A stretch of 32,000 bases of DNA from Candidatus Saccharimonadota bacterium (GTDB lineage: Bacteria > Patescibacteriota > Gracilibacteria > UBA4473), in NCBI GenBank assembly GCA_963677105.1, contig OY781871.1, positions 720,001-752,000 of the forward strand. The letters run 5' to 3'. The stretch's first letter is position 1; each line of letters starts with the position of its first letter. The notes below the pieces were generated by a model, which was given only the letters and a program-made list of their open reading frames with translations, had not been told where the DNA came from and searched no databases. Shown one piece after another: positions 1-8,445 of this stretch. Both the position numbers and the translations under genes were made by a program.

Positions 1-81
1 GTGCAAATAACAGATAATTAATTTTGTCTTTGTGCTTTGAAGTTTGATATTTAGAGTGAAGCGAATTTACAAATTATGTGT

Positions 82-110
82 TTGATTTTTTATTAACGTT
101 ATGTTAAAAT
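82..110 (+). promoter_or_regulatory. Candidate sigma-70 promoter (extended -10) for the 133-2766 gene pair
   Basis: TTGATT (82-87), a 17-nt spacer with TG at 102-103, then TAAAAT (105-110), 22 nt before the ATG at 133. Pattern match only. Confidence 0.4.
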
Positions 111-132
111 GCCCTGAAATATAAAAATTTCA

Positions 133-1341
133 ATGAAAAAAACAACACTGATTATCCGGCAAATTTGGAGCGCAATAGTTTTAACTTCATTAGTATTAGG
201 AATAGTGCCAACTGTTCAAGCACAGAATACATCATATTTGAACTTTCAGGGACGACTCTTGATGAGTGCTACAACTCCCGCAGCAAATTATACTTTTAAT
301 CTTCGATTATCTATTTGGGATGATGAAGATTATGTTGCAGCTACAGATAAAAATGGAGCAGGAGCTTTAGTTGGTGCGGCTTGGCAAGAAGTTCAAACTT
401 TGACGACAGATGCGCAAGGATTCTTCATTGCGAAAGTAGGAAGTGAAACAGCATTGCCTGAATTCGATCCTGCAGTTCACAGATATCTTCAAGCAGATGT
501 AAAAGCAACAACAGCTGAAAACACAAATTATATTATTCTGGATAATATGATGGCGAATGATGCAGTTGATCGTAAATCAATACTTGATAGCGCATATGCA
601 CAAAACTCATTATTATTGAACGGACATGATACGGGGACAGACGCTGGAGATATTCCGTTTTTAAATGAAAATGGACAATTAGATCGAGCACTTCTTGATG
701 CTGGAACATGGTTAGATCCAGTTGCAGATGTTGCTGCACGAGATGCAATTACAGGAATGGTTGATGGATCAGTTGTGTATATTGAGTCAGAAAATAGTTT
801 ATATGTATACAAAGACAATGCTTGGGCAAAAATGGGATATAATCTTACGTATGATTCAGTAAATGATGAATACGATTTTGGTGGAAGTAAACTTTCAAAT
901 ATTGCTGGACCAGAAGATGCAGATGACGCTGCAACAAAAGATTATGTAGATACTCTTTTCGCAGAGGCCGCAGAAGCAGGAGGAAAATACATTGGAGTTA
1001 CAACGATAGATAATTTTACGGGAGCTATTGCCGGAGGATATGTTGGAGGAGACACAGCTTGTAGGGTAGATTACCCAGGAAGTCATGTTTGTCGAACAGA
1101 TGAAATTTTGGCAGCTATTAGTACAAAAGATATTAGTACGCTCTTTACGTATACAGATCTTGCAGGAGCATGGATATTAGAGGGAGCTCCAGGATATACC
1201 GCACCAGCAAATGACTGTAATGGTTTGACTGATGGAACAGCGAACTATTTAGGAGCATTTTGGCAATTTAATAATACGACAGGAGGATCTGGACAATTAT
1301 CAATTTGTTCACAACAAAAACCCTTAGCGTGTTGTAAATAA
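133..1341 (+). CDS. Secreted hypothetical protein with tail-fibre-like motifs and a Cys-containing C-terminal lectin-like domain
   Basis: 402-aa ORF. N-terminal signal peptide (MKKTTLIIRQIWSAIVLTSLVLGIVPTVQA|QN). Motifs IPFLNENGQLDRALLD and PEDADDAATKDYVD resemble those I recall from phage tail fibre/collar proteins. The C-terminal ~110 aa carry 6 Cys and end in ICSQQKPLACCK. No family-level function is assignable. Confidence 0.8.
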   Translation: MKKTTLIIRQIWSAIVLTSLVLGIVPTVQAQNTSYLNFQGRLLMSATTPAANYTFNLRLSIWDDEDYVAATDKNGAGALVGAAWQEVQTLTTDAQGFFIAKVGSETALPEFDPAVHRYLQADVKATTAENTNYIILDNMMANDAVDRKSILDSAYAQNSLLLNGHDTGTDAGDIPFLNENGQLDRALLDAGTWLDPVADVAARDAITGMVDGSVVYIESENSLYVYKDNAWAKMGYNLTYDSVNDEYDFGGSKLSNIAGPEDADDAATKDYVDTLFAEAAEAGGKYIGVTTIDNFTGAIAGGYVGGDTACRVDYPGSHVCRTDEILAAISTKDISTLFTYTDLAGAWILEGAPGYTAPANDCNGLTDGTANYLGAFWQFNNTTGGSGQLSICSQQKPLACCK

Positions 1342-1371
1342 CAAACATCAAAATAAAAAATATACGATAAA

Positions 1372-2766
1372 ATGAAAAAATATATTTATTCGGCACTGGC
1401 AATTCTCATCGGAATAACCTCGGTTCATGCTGCAGATTACACACAATGGGTAGATGATCCAGCAGATTGTACTGTTGTGTATAACTCAGTGAACTGTGGT
1501 GCTGACTATGTATGTGGAGTTGAGACAACAAATAACTTTCCGTACTGTGCAAGTCTTGAAGATTTGACTGCCCCAACTTTTCCAACTTCATCCAATAGTG
1601 TTTATGGTTCAGGATTGGGAGCGGGTTACGTTCTTAATTGTACAGCAGATGTAACAAATGGAAATGCTAATCCAGCAAATCCATATTGTTCTAACGGAGG
1701 AAATTATTATTGTAACCGTTCATCTCTTTGTAATGGATATTATCGAGATACTGTTTGTTTAGCGAATAACTTTTCTGCATCAGGAGCAGGAGCATTTACT
1801 TGTTCAGAATCATGTCAATCAGGACGATTAGATTGTACAGGAGATGCAACAGAGGGAAGTTGTAGTGTACGAAAAAATATTACCAGTTATCCAACAGGAA
1901 GTAATAATCATTACGGAACAACGTGTGATGCAGCTCAAGTATCATGTAATTCAGGATACTTGGATTGTGATGCTTCAGGGACAGGAGCAACTTCTGGAAC
2001 AGATACAGCAACAGGAAATGGATGTGAAGTTCGTGTTGGAGTTACATCATATAATGCCGCAGCAAATAATACGTACAACTGGAGTTGTGGAGCTGTTTGT
2101 AAATCAGGATATTATGATTGTGATGCTGAGGGAGTTACGCTTACAAATGGATGTGAAGTGCAATCAGGCGTTACATCGTATGCAGCACATAGTACTGTGA
2201 ATTCAAGTTGTACATCAGTTTGTTCAGGGAATTACCTAGATTGTAATGGAGATTTAGTAAGTGGTGGAGCTGGAGATGGATGTGAAGTATTAAATGGAGG
2301 TGCGTGTACACTTGCAGGACTTGATGGAATTATTGATGGATGTTCTATGGGAGTAGCTGCATGTGTTATTGATCCAATAGAATTTAAAACTGGTGTTAAT
2401 ACAGAAAATGCCACCGAGGATCCATTATTGTGGGGAACTCAATATGGAACGGGAGATTTAGCAAGTATGAGTAAAAATGGTGATGAACAATCACAATTTA
2501 CTATTGATAATGAAGGAGACGTAGGAATGGGAACAGATTCTCCACATGTGGCAGCAGCGTTGGATATGAGTGAAAAAGGGAAAGGAGTACTTTTCCCAGA
2601 ACTCACGACTATTGAGCGAGACGCATTAAATGGAGGAGTTCCTCCAATTGGATTAATTATCTTTAATACAGATATTAATGCACTTGAACTTTGGAATGGA
2701 ACATGGTGGATGGCAATTGGAAAACAATCTCATTCCAACAGAAAAGAATTTATTCTTCCTTGGTAA
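1372..2766 (+). CDS. Secreted cysteine-rich repeat protein
   Basis: 464-aa ORF, 30 nt after the previous gene. Signal peptide ending SVHA|AD. Four tandem Cys-rich repeats (C-x3-C-x-SGY-x-DC ... NGCEV ... GVTSY). C-terminal LFPELTTIERDALNGGVPPIGLIIFNTDINALELWNGTWW motif. Confidence 0.8.
   Translation: MKKYIYSALAILIGITSVHAADYTQWVDDPADCTVVYNSVNCGADYVCGVETTNNFPYCASLEDLTAPTFPTSSNSVYGSGLGAGYVLNCTADVTNGNANPANPYCSNGGNYYCNRSSLCNGYYRDTVCLANNFSASGAGAFTCSESCQSGRLDCTGDATEGSCSVRKNITSYPTGSNNHYGTTCDAAQVSCNSGYLDCDASGTGATSGTDTATGNGCEVRVGVTSYNAAANNTYNWSCGAVCKSGYYDCDAEGVTLTNGCEVQSGVTSYAAHSTVNSSCTSVCSGNYLDCNGDLVSGGAGDGCEVLNGGACTLAGLDGIIDGCSMGVAACVIDPIEFKTGVNTENATEDPLLWGTQYGTGDLASMSKNGDEQSQFTIDNEGDVGMGTDSPHVAAALDMSEKGKGVLFPELTTIERDALNGGVPPIGLIIFNTDINALELWNGTWWMAIGKQSHSNRKEFILPW
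1801..2307 (+). repeat. Four tandem protein-level Cys-rich repeats inside CDS 1372-2766
   Basis: aa 144-312: CSESCQSGRLDCTGD..GSCSV / CDAAQVSCNSGYLDCDAS..NGCEVRVGVTSY / CGAVCKSGYYDCDAEG..NGCEVQSGVTSY / CTSVCSGNYLDCNGD..DGCEVLNGGAC. Confidence 0.75.
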
Positions 2767-2790
2767 ACATTAGAAATAGTATTGTCTAAA

Positions 2791-2820
2791 AGGCCAAGTA
2801 TATAATGCTTGGCTTTTTCT
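2791..2820 (+). terminator. Rho-independent terminator after the 133-2766 gene pair
   Basis: Stem aggccaag (2791-2798) pairs with cttggctt (2808-2815, one G:U). The loop is 9 nt and a T-run follows (tttttct). It lies 25 nt after the stop codon. Confidence 0.7.
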
Positions 2821-3037
2821 TATACAAGGATTGTGCTATGTTTATCGAGTAATATGAAAATTCAATGAAATTAATGGTTTCTTAATTTTTATTGAATGAT
2901 TATATTTATATTGAGAAAAAAGATATTTAATATTTTTTCATTTTCCTAGACTGAGAAATTCTTTTTAAATTCACGATTATATATCGAAAAACAAGAATAT
3001 TTTAAAACAAAATATTCGCATTAATAACAAATGATTC

Positions 3038-5158
3038 ATGTCAGGACTCAATGTATTAGCGGCATTTATTCCATTGAGCATTGGAGTGTTGTGTTTTTTA
3101 AAACATAAGAAATCATTGGAGAGTACGTTGTATTTCTTGTTTATTTTGTCATTAGTATTGTGGATTGGAGCGCTATATTTAGAAAATTTTTTCATACATA
3201 TTCCATATATTTCTTTAATATTTATTCGTTTAACATTTGGATTTAGTGCTATTTCTTCAGCGTTTATGTGTGTTTTTGCATATTTTTATCCACGAAAAAC
3301 GTTTGTGATTCCACTGTTTTTAAAAATTTTATATATTTTAATTACTCTTGGAGTAGTGATTATTGCTTCGTTTACAGATCTTGTATATGGAAAAATCATG
3401 TTTAATGATATTGTTATACATGATGTATATGGATCATTTTATGTTGTTTTTGTTTTCTATTATTTTTTAAATCTTTTTTTATCCTTCTTTTTTCTCCTTA
3501 AGAAAATATTCATAATGCAAGATATAGAACGCTCTAAAATAAAGTTAGTTCTGTTGGGAATAACAATTATTGCATTTTTAACAATAGTATTTCACATTGT
3601 TTTCCCTCAATTTGATGGACATATATTTCAAACAGAAGGCATTTATCTGAATTTACTTTTTGTTGTATTTGCTGGGTATTCAATGTTTCGATACAGATTT
3701 TTTGATGTCAGATTTACAGTTGTTCGTTTAGTACGACAAGCGATTGCTATAATATTTACAATATTTTTTATACATGGAATTTGGGGAATAATTATAGTTA
3801 TTCCGTCGCTCGTAGAATATAAACGGCAGTTGATACCAATAATTTATATTGTTTCAATTTTAGTATATTTTTCTGTTTTACGAGGACTTGTATCAGATTT
3901 TTTAAATCGTTTTTTTGGACGTACTCGTATTGAGAATTTTCGAAAATTATTACAAGATTTCACAAAAAACCCAGTGCTGTATCGCACAGTGAATGAATTC
4001 AAAATAGCACTTCAGGATCTTTTTCAAAGTGTGGATATTGATGTAATAGATATTATATACATCAACGAAAATAACGAAAAAAAATATGAGAAATTTACAC
4101 AATATTTTGAACAAAACCCAGAAATTCTTGTTCAGCATGAGCGATTATTTTTACCTAAAAATAAAAAAGAATCTGCACCAAATTTAGCCTCACTAGGAGG
4201 AATTCATATTCCATTATTTCATTCATCAAACGTTCTTTTAGGATTTCTTATTCTTGGGGAAAAATCATTTAACAATCTTTATTCAATAGAAGAAATAAAA
4301 ATACTAGAAGAATTCCGATGTTTTTTAGAACATAAAATGGTGAGCATTTGGTACAGCGATTCCCTCAAACAAGAAGTTGAAGAAAAAACCAGAGAATTGG
4401 AAAAGCGAAATGAAAAATTACTTCAAGCAAATGCGCAATTACAGGTTTTGGGAGAAACTAAAGATGCTTTTTTATCTATTGCGTCGCATGAATTAAGAAC
4501 GCCAATGACGGTAATTAGTGGATTTACAGATCTTTTATTATCAGATAAATGGGGGGAATTATCAGAGAAACAAAAAATGTTTTTGAATTCTATTTCACAA
4601 AACTCCCGAGACCTCACTACATTAGTAAATAAAATGTTAGATATTACGTCTTTAGAGGCAGATAAAATGGAGTTTTTGTGGAAAGAGATAAAATTTCCTG
4701 TTTATTTAGAAGAAATTGTAAGAGAGTTTGAGATAATAGCACTTCAAAAACAGATTCAAATTGAGTTTCAAAACCCAAACAATGTATCTCTTTTACTTCG
4801 GAGTGATCCATTGAAACTGAAACAGATTATGGGGAATTTGCTTGGAAATGCTTTGAAATTTACGCCTCAAAATGGAAAAATAAGAGTGTTACTTGAACGG
4901 AATGAGAAAGACGAGAAATGTGTAAATGTTTCTGTAATAGACACGGGAATAGGAATTCCAGCAGAAGAGCAAGAGAGAATTTTTGAAAAGTTTTATCGTA
5001 CAAAACATTCAGATAAAATTATCCGTTCTGGAACAGGACTTGGATTACATATTGTAAAATTGTTAATAGAAAAACTTGGTGGAGAAATTTCAGTGATAAG
5101 TACTGAAAAGAAAGGTTCTTGTTTTACTTTTTCACTTCCAGAGCAGTGTGAGAAATAG
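3038..5158 (+). CDS. Sensor histidine kinase with a large polytopic N-terminal membrane domain
   Basis: 706 aa. The first ~290 aa are very hydrophobic (multiple TM helices). HisKA H-box is IASHELRTPMT. HATPase_c motifs are GNLLGNALKFT (N box), VIDTGIGI (G1) and GTGLGLHIV (G2). No response regulator is adjacent. Confidence 0.9.
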   Translation: MSGLNVLAAFIPLSIGVLCFLKHKKSLESTLYFLFILSLVLWIGALYLENFFIHIPYISLIFIRLTFGFSAISSAFMCVFAYFYPRKTFVIPLFLKILYILITLGVVIIASFTDLVYGKIMFNDIVIHDVYGSFYVVFVFYYFLNLFLSFFFLLKKIFIMQDIERSKIKLVLLGITIIAFLTIVFHIVFPQFDGHIFQTEGIYLNLLFVVFAGYSMFRYRFFDVRFTVVRLVRQAIAIIFTIFFIHGIWGIIIVIPSLVEYKRQLIPIIYIVSILVYFSVLRGLVSDFLNRFFGRTRIENFRKLLQDFTKNPVLYRTVNEFKIALQDLFQSVDIDVIDIIYINENNEKKYEKFTQYFEQNPEILVQHERLFLPKNKKESAPNLASLGGIHIPLFHSSNVLLGFLILGEKSFNNLYSIEEIKILEEFRCFLEHKMVSIWYSDSLKQEVEEKTRELEKRNEKLLQANAQLQVLGETKDAFLSIASHELRTPMTVISGFTDLLLSDKWGELSEKQKMFLNSISQNSRDLTTLVNKMLDITSLEADKMEFLWKEIKFPVYLEEIVREFEIIALQKQIQIEFQNPNNVSLLLRSDPLKLKQIMGNLLGNALKFTPQNGKIRVLLERNEKDEKCVNVSVIDTGIGIPAEEQERIFEKFYRTKHSDKIIRSGTGLGLHIVKLLIEKLGGEISVISTEKKGSCFTFSLPEQCEK

Positions 5159-5239
5159 AAAATAAATATTAAACACAAAATTTTTCTAGTTGTCTTGACA
5201 GGAAGAGTTTGATAGAAGTATTGAGATTAAGAAATTACA

Positions 5240-6994
5240 ATGAAAAAAGTATTTGTATGGATTCCGGTTTTATTGATTACATCATGTTTCTTTGGATGTG
5301 TAGGAAATGAACAAAGTGAAGTTTTAGAAGAACTAAAAACAGAGGAAATTGTTGAAGAAAATCTTGAAAAAGAAAATACTACTGTATTACCAGAAGTTTT
5401 GGTTGAAAATCCGGAAATATTAGAAGAACAAAAGAGAGAAGATGTTGTTCAAGAAGAAATAGAGGTAGAAGTACAAGAAGAACAAAGGGAACAAGTTATT
5501 GAAGAAAAAAAAGAGGAAATACAAGTTCCGAAAAGTTTTTTTCTAGAAGAGGGGAAATTGTGTAGACACATTATAGCACGTGTTTGGTTCCCTGCGTCTA
5601 AGGAAGTATCAAGCACCAATGAGTTAGATATTTGTTTTCCTCAAGTGGATATAGATTCTTTGATTTTTTTAGGAGACGGAGATTTTCGCAATTACGCAAA
5701 AGATAATAAGAATGTATATTACTTTGAAGATTTTTACTTTTTTGGAACGAATGATGAAGAAATTCATAGTATTCAACAGATGAAAGAGATTATTCAGAAC
5801 AAGATAGTTTTAAATGAAGCAGATGTAGAAAGTTTTAAGGTTATAAAAAAGAATTATGCGATTGATAAACACAATCTTTATTTAGAAGATGAAATATTTT
5901 CAGAAAGTAATGTTGATGATTTTCGTTTTTCAAATGGCCGTTTTGGGGTTGATGCTCAGAAAGCATATTATTTTTATAGTACACATCGACATGGACTTGG
6001 GGGAAGTATTTCAAACATTATGTTTATAGAGGATGTAGATGTAGAATCCTTTTTCTCTCTTTCAGAATCATTTTTTGGTGATAAAAATAAGGTTTATTTT
6101 GTTTTAAACACTTTTGATTTTCCTCCGAAGTTTGTAGAAGTTGTGGGAGCCGATTCCGACACTTTTGAAATTTTAGGAGAAGTGTCAGTTGGAAAAAGGT
6201 ATGATAATTTAATTCAAATATATGCGAAAGATAAAAATAACATTTTTCACTGCGATTTTGTGAAAGATCCTCATTCGGGACCCTATAAATGTGAAAAGAT
6301 TAAGGTTTTTGAGAGCGCTGATAGAGAGACTTTTGAAGTTCTAAATGAAGAATATATAAAAGATAAAAATAAAGTTTTTTGGAGAGGAAGTCCCATACAT
6401 ATAATTTCTAATCCAGCGAGTTTTGAGCTGATAAATGATGTATATGTAAAAGATAGAAATTATGTTTATTGGAGAAGAAAAGATGGATTAAAGGAAATAT
6501 TTACAATAGTAGAGGGTGCGGATTCAGAAAGCTTTACAGTTCTGAGCGAGTTTTATTCTAAAGATAAAAATAATGTATATCATTATGCAAAAGTAGTTTC
6601 TAACATATCTGATCCCGCGACTTTTGAAATGATTGATAAGTATCTTTATACAAAAGACAAAAACTATGTTTATTGGGATAAAAAAATAATAGAAAATGCC
6701 GATCCCAAAACATTTAAAATAGTTGAGAACAGTTATTCAAAAGATAGTAATAATGTTTTCTACAGAAACGAGATTTTAGGGGAAGTGGACGCAGATACAT
6801 TTGAAATATTAAGTCACTATTATGCTAAGGATAAAGATTTTGTTTATAAAACAGCACATTGTGGAGGACATTTTTCTATTGCTATTTTGGAGGGTGCTGA
6901 TGTAGAAACATTTGAAATAATTAATGGGGAAGATGATGAGAAGGACGCAAAAGACAAAAATAGTGTTTATAAAAAATGTAAAATTAAGGAATAG
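5240..6994 (+). CDS. DKNYY-repeat lipoprotein
   Basis: 584 aa. Lipobox LLITSC (Cys16), then a Glu-rich low-complexity linker. About a dozen repeats of the D(K/R)N(N/K/Y)V(Y/F) motif follow, each preceded by ...D..TFE(I/V)L..., as in the Pfam DKNYY family (PF13644, from memory). Confidence 0.8.
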   Translation: MKKVFVWIPVLLITSCFFGCVGNEQSEVLEELKTEEIVEENLEKENTTVLPEVLVENPEILEEQKREDVVQEEIEVEVQEEQREQVIEEKKEEIQVPKSFFLEEGKLCRHIIARVWFPASKEVSSTNELDICFPQVDIDSLIFLGDGDFRNYAKDNKNVYYFEDFYFFGTNDEEIHSIQQMKEIIQNKIVLNEADVESFKVIKKNYAIDKHNLYLEDEIFSESNVDDFRFSNGRFGVDAQKAYYFYSTHRHGLGGSISNIMFIEDVDVESFFSLSESFFGDKNKVYFVLNTFDFPPKFVEVVGADSDTFEILGEVSVGKRYDNLIQIYAKDKNNIFHCDFVKDPHSGPYKCEKIKVFESADRETFEVLNEEYIKDKNKVFWRGSPIHIISNPASFELINDVYVKDRNYVYWRRKDGLKEIFTIVEGADSESFTVLSEFYSKDKNNVYHYAKVVSNISDPATFEMIDKYLYTKDKNYVYWDKKIIENADPKTFKIVENSYSKDSNNVFYRNEILGEVDADTFEILSHYYAKDKDFVYKTAHCGGHFSIAILEGADVETFEIINGEDDEKDAKDKNSVYKKCKIKE

Positions 6995-7051
6995 AACCCT
7001 AGAGGGAAAATTATTTGCACCTAAATTTCCATCAGAGTAATCTTTGCACCG

Positions 7052-7819
7052 ATGATAAATTTTTACTGGATTCTCGGCGCAACACTTCTTTCGAGTGTTG
7101 GTTCACTTTGTTTGGCGGCATTATTGCTGCTTTTTTCTCAGGAAAAACAAAAGAAAATTATTCCTGGACTCGTTTCATATGCAGTTGGAGCATTGCTTAC
7201 AGGAGCATTAGTGGGACTTTTGCCTGAAGCGATACATCATTTTGAGGATTTAAATGTGGGACACAAAACACCATTTTTTATTTTATTAGTATCAATTTTA
7301 GGATTTTTTATTCTCGAAAAATTGATTCGAGTTCATCATTGCCACAATACTTCATGTGAGAGTCATTCTCATGAATCGGCATCTATGATTCTCATTGGAG
7401 ATTCGTTACACAACTTTGTAGACGGAGTTCTAATTGCAGCGAGTTTTTCTGTTTCAGTGGAGATTGGGATTATTGCGACGGCGTCAATTTTTGCACATGA
7501 AGTAGCACAAGAAATAGGTGATTTTGGGATATTGCTTCATTCAGGATTTTCAAAACAGAAAGCATTTTTAGCAAACTTATTTTCTTCACTTACAGCTTTA
7601 CTCGGAGCGGTGTTGGGATATTTATTTCTTGCAAAAATGCAAACAGCGTTGCCCTACATTATGATTATTTCTGTAGCGAGTTTTCTTTATATCGCTTTGG
7701 CGGACTTATCACCAGAACTCCATAAAACGACCACGCTGAAACATTCATTGAAACAATTATTTCTTGTTTTGTTAGGAGTAGGAACAATTTTACTTGTTAG
7801 TATCGGACACACTCACTAA
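7052..7819 (+). CDS. ZIP-family divalent metal (zinc) transporter
   Basis: 255 aa, polytopic. ZIP signature helices are IGDSLHNFVDGVLIAASF and FAHEVAQEIGDFGILL. A His-rich loop is present (HHCHNTSCESHSHE). Confidence 0.9.
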   Translation: MINFYWILGATLLSSVGSLCLAALLLLFSQEKQKKIIPGLVSYAVGALLTGALVGLLPEAIHHFEDLNVGHKTPFFILLVSILGFFILEKLIRVHHCHNTSCESHSHESASMILIGDSLHNFVDGVLIAASFSVSVEIGIIATASIFAHEVAQEIGDFGILLHSGFSKQKAFLANLFSSLTALLGAVLGYLFLAKMQTALPYIMIISVASFLYIALADLSPELHKTTTLKHSLKQLFLVLLGVGTILLVSIGHTH

Positions 7820-7884
7820 ATTGAGAAAAAGTGTGACCTTTTTCTAAAAATACCGTACAACTACTACGGAAATTTCCTATCGAT

Positions 7885-8445
7885 ATGGACGAAAAAGCTC
7901 TCATTTCCGCTTGTCAAAATGGCGAAACAGAACGGTTTGCCGAATTATATGACTTGTATGTTGATCGAATTTTTCGATTTATTTTTCACAAAACAATGCA
8001 ACGAGATTTAGCCGAAGATCTTACAAGTGATACGTTTGTGCGAGCACTTGAAAAGGTACAACAATTTAATGCAGAAAAAGGAAAATTTTCTACTTGGATT
8101 TATACAATTGCACGAAATTTGATTACAGATCATTGGCGATCATATCGCGAACATAGAGATATTGAAGATGTGTGGGATTTGGCATCACTAGATGATGTTG
8201 TTGATTCAGCACATAAGCAATTAATTGGAGAAAAATTACATACAGCGCTCCGTAATTTGTCTGCAGAAAGTCGCGAAATTCTTATCATGCGATTTTGGCA
8301 AGATTTATCGTTTGCTCAAATTTCAGAATTAACAGGAAAATCTGAAGGAGCAGTAAAAATGAAGGTTGGGCGCGCATTAAAAAAATTACGTGCCGACGCG
8401 CCTACACTTGCGAGTTTTATCGCAATTTCATTTCTTTTACAATGA
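7885..8445 (+). CDS. ECF-type RNA polymerase sigma-70 factor
   Basis: 186 aa. Region 2 (FAELYDLYVDRIFRFIFHKT..AEDLTSDTFVRAL; STWIYTIARNLITDHWR) and region 4 (ESREILIMRFWQDLSFAQISELTGKSEGAVKMKVGRALKKLR) are both present. The stop overlaps the next start (ATGA). Confidence 0.9.
   Translation: MDEKALISACQNGETERFAELYDLYVDRIFRFIFHKTMQRDLAEDLTSDTFVRALEKVQQFNAEKGKFSTWIYTIARNLITDHWRSYREHRDIEDVWDLASLDDVVDSAHKQLIGEKLHTALRNLSAESREILIMRFWQDLSFAQISELTGKSEGAVKMKVGRALKKLRADAPTLASFIAISFLLQ

Noticed and set aside
528-1086. Three minus-strand ORFs (528-818, 533-748, 895-1086) inside the 133-1341 gene
   Set aside because: They are antisense shadow ORFs of a well-supported signal-peptide CDS. Their composition is low-complexity, and there is no start context or motifs.
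1000-1338. Diversity-generating retroelement (DGR) variable region in the lectin-like C-terminus of the first secreted protein
   Set aside because: I could spot no reverse transcriptase gene and no template-repeat copy of this segment anywhere in the window. It cannot be excluded for the rest of the genome.
1844-2200. 118-aa plus-strand ORF in an alternative frame of the Cys-rich gene
   Set aside because: It lies fully inside the 1372-2766 CDS, whose frame shows a clear repeat and Cys periodicity. The alternative frame gives Q/V/I-rich nonsense.
2915-2939. A/T palindrome GAAAAAAgatatttaataTTTTTTC upstream of the histidine kinase
   Set aside because: It is made almost entirely of A/T runs in an AT-rich promoter region, it is imperfect in the centre, and it is easily produced by chance. 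It is not stable enough for a terminator.
2977-3195. 72-aa minus-strand ORF overlapping the histidine kinase start
   Set aside because: It overlaps the 5' end of a 706-aa motif-supported CDS. It is an AT-rich artefact.
7015-7227. 70-aa plus-strand ORF overlapping the ZIP transporter out of frame
   Set aside because: The ZIP frame carries the family motifs through its whole length. The overlapping frame has none.
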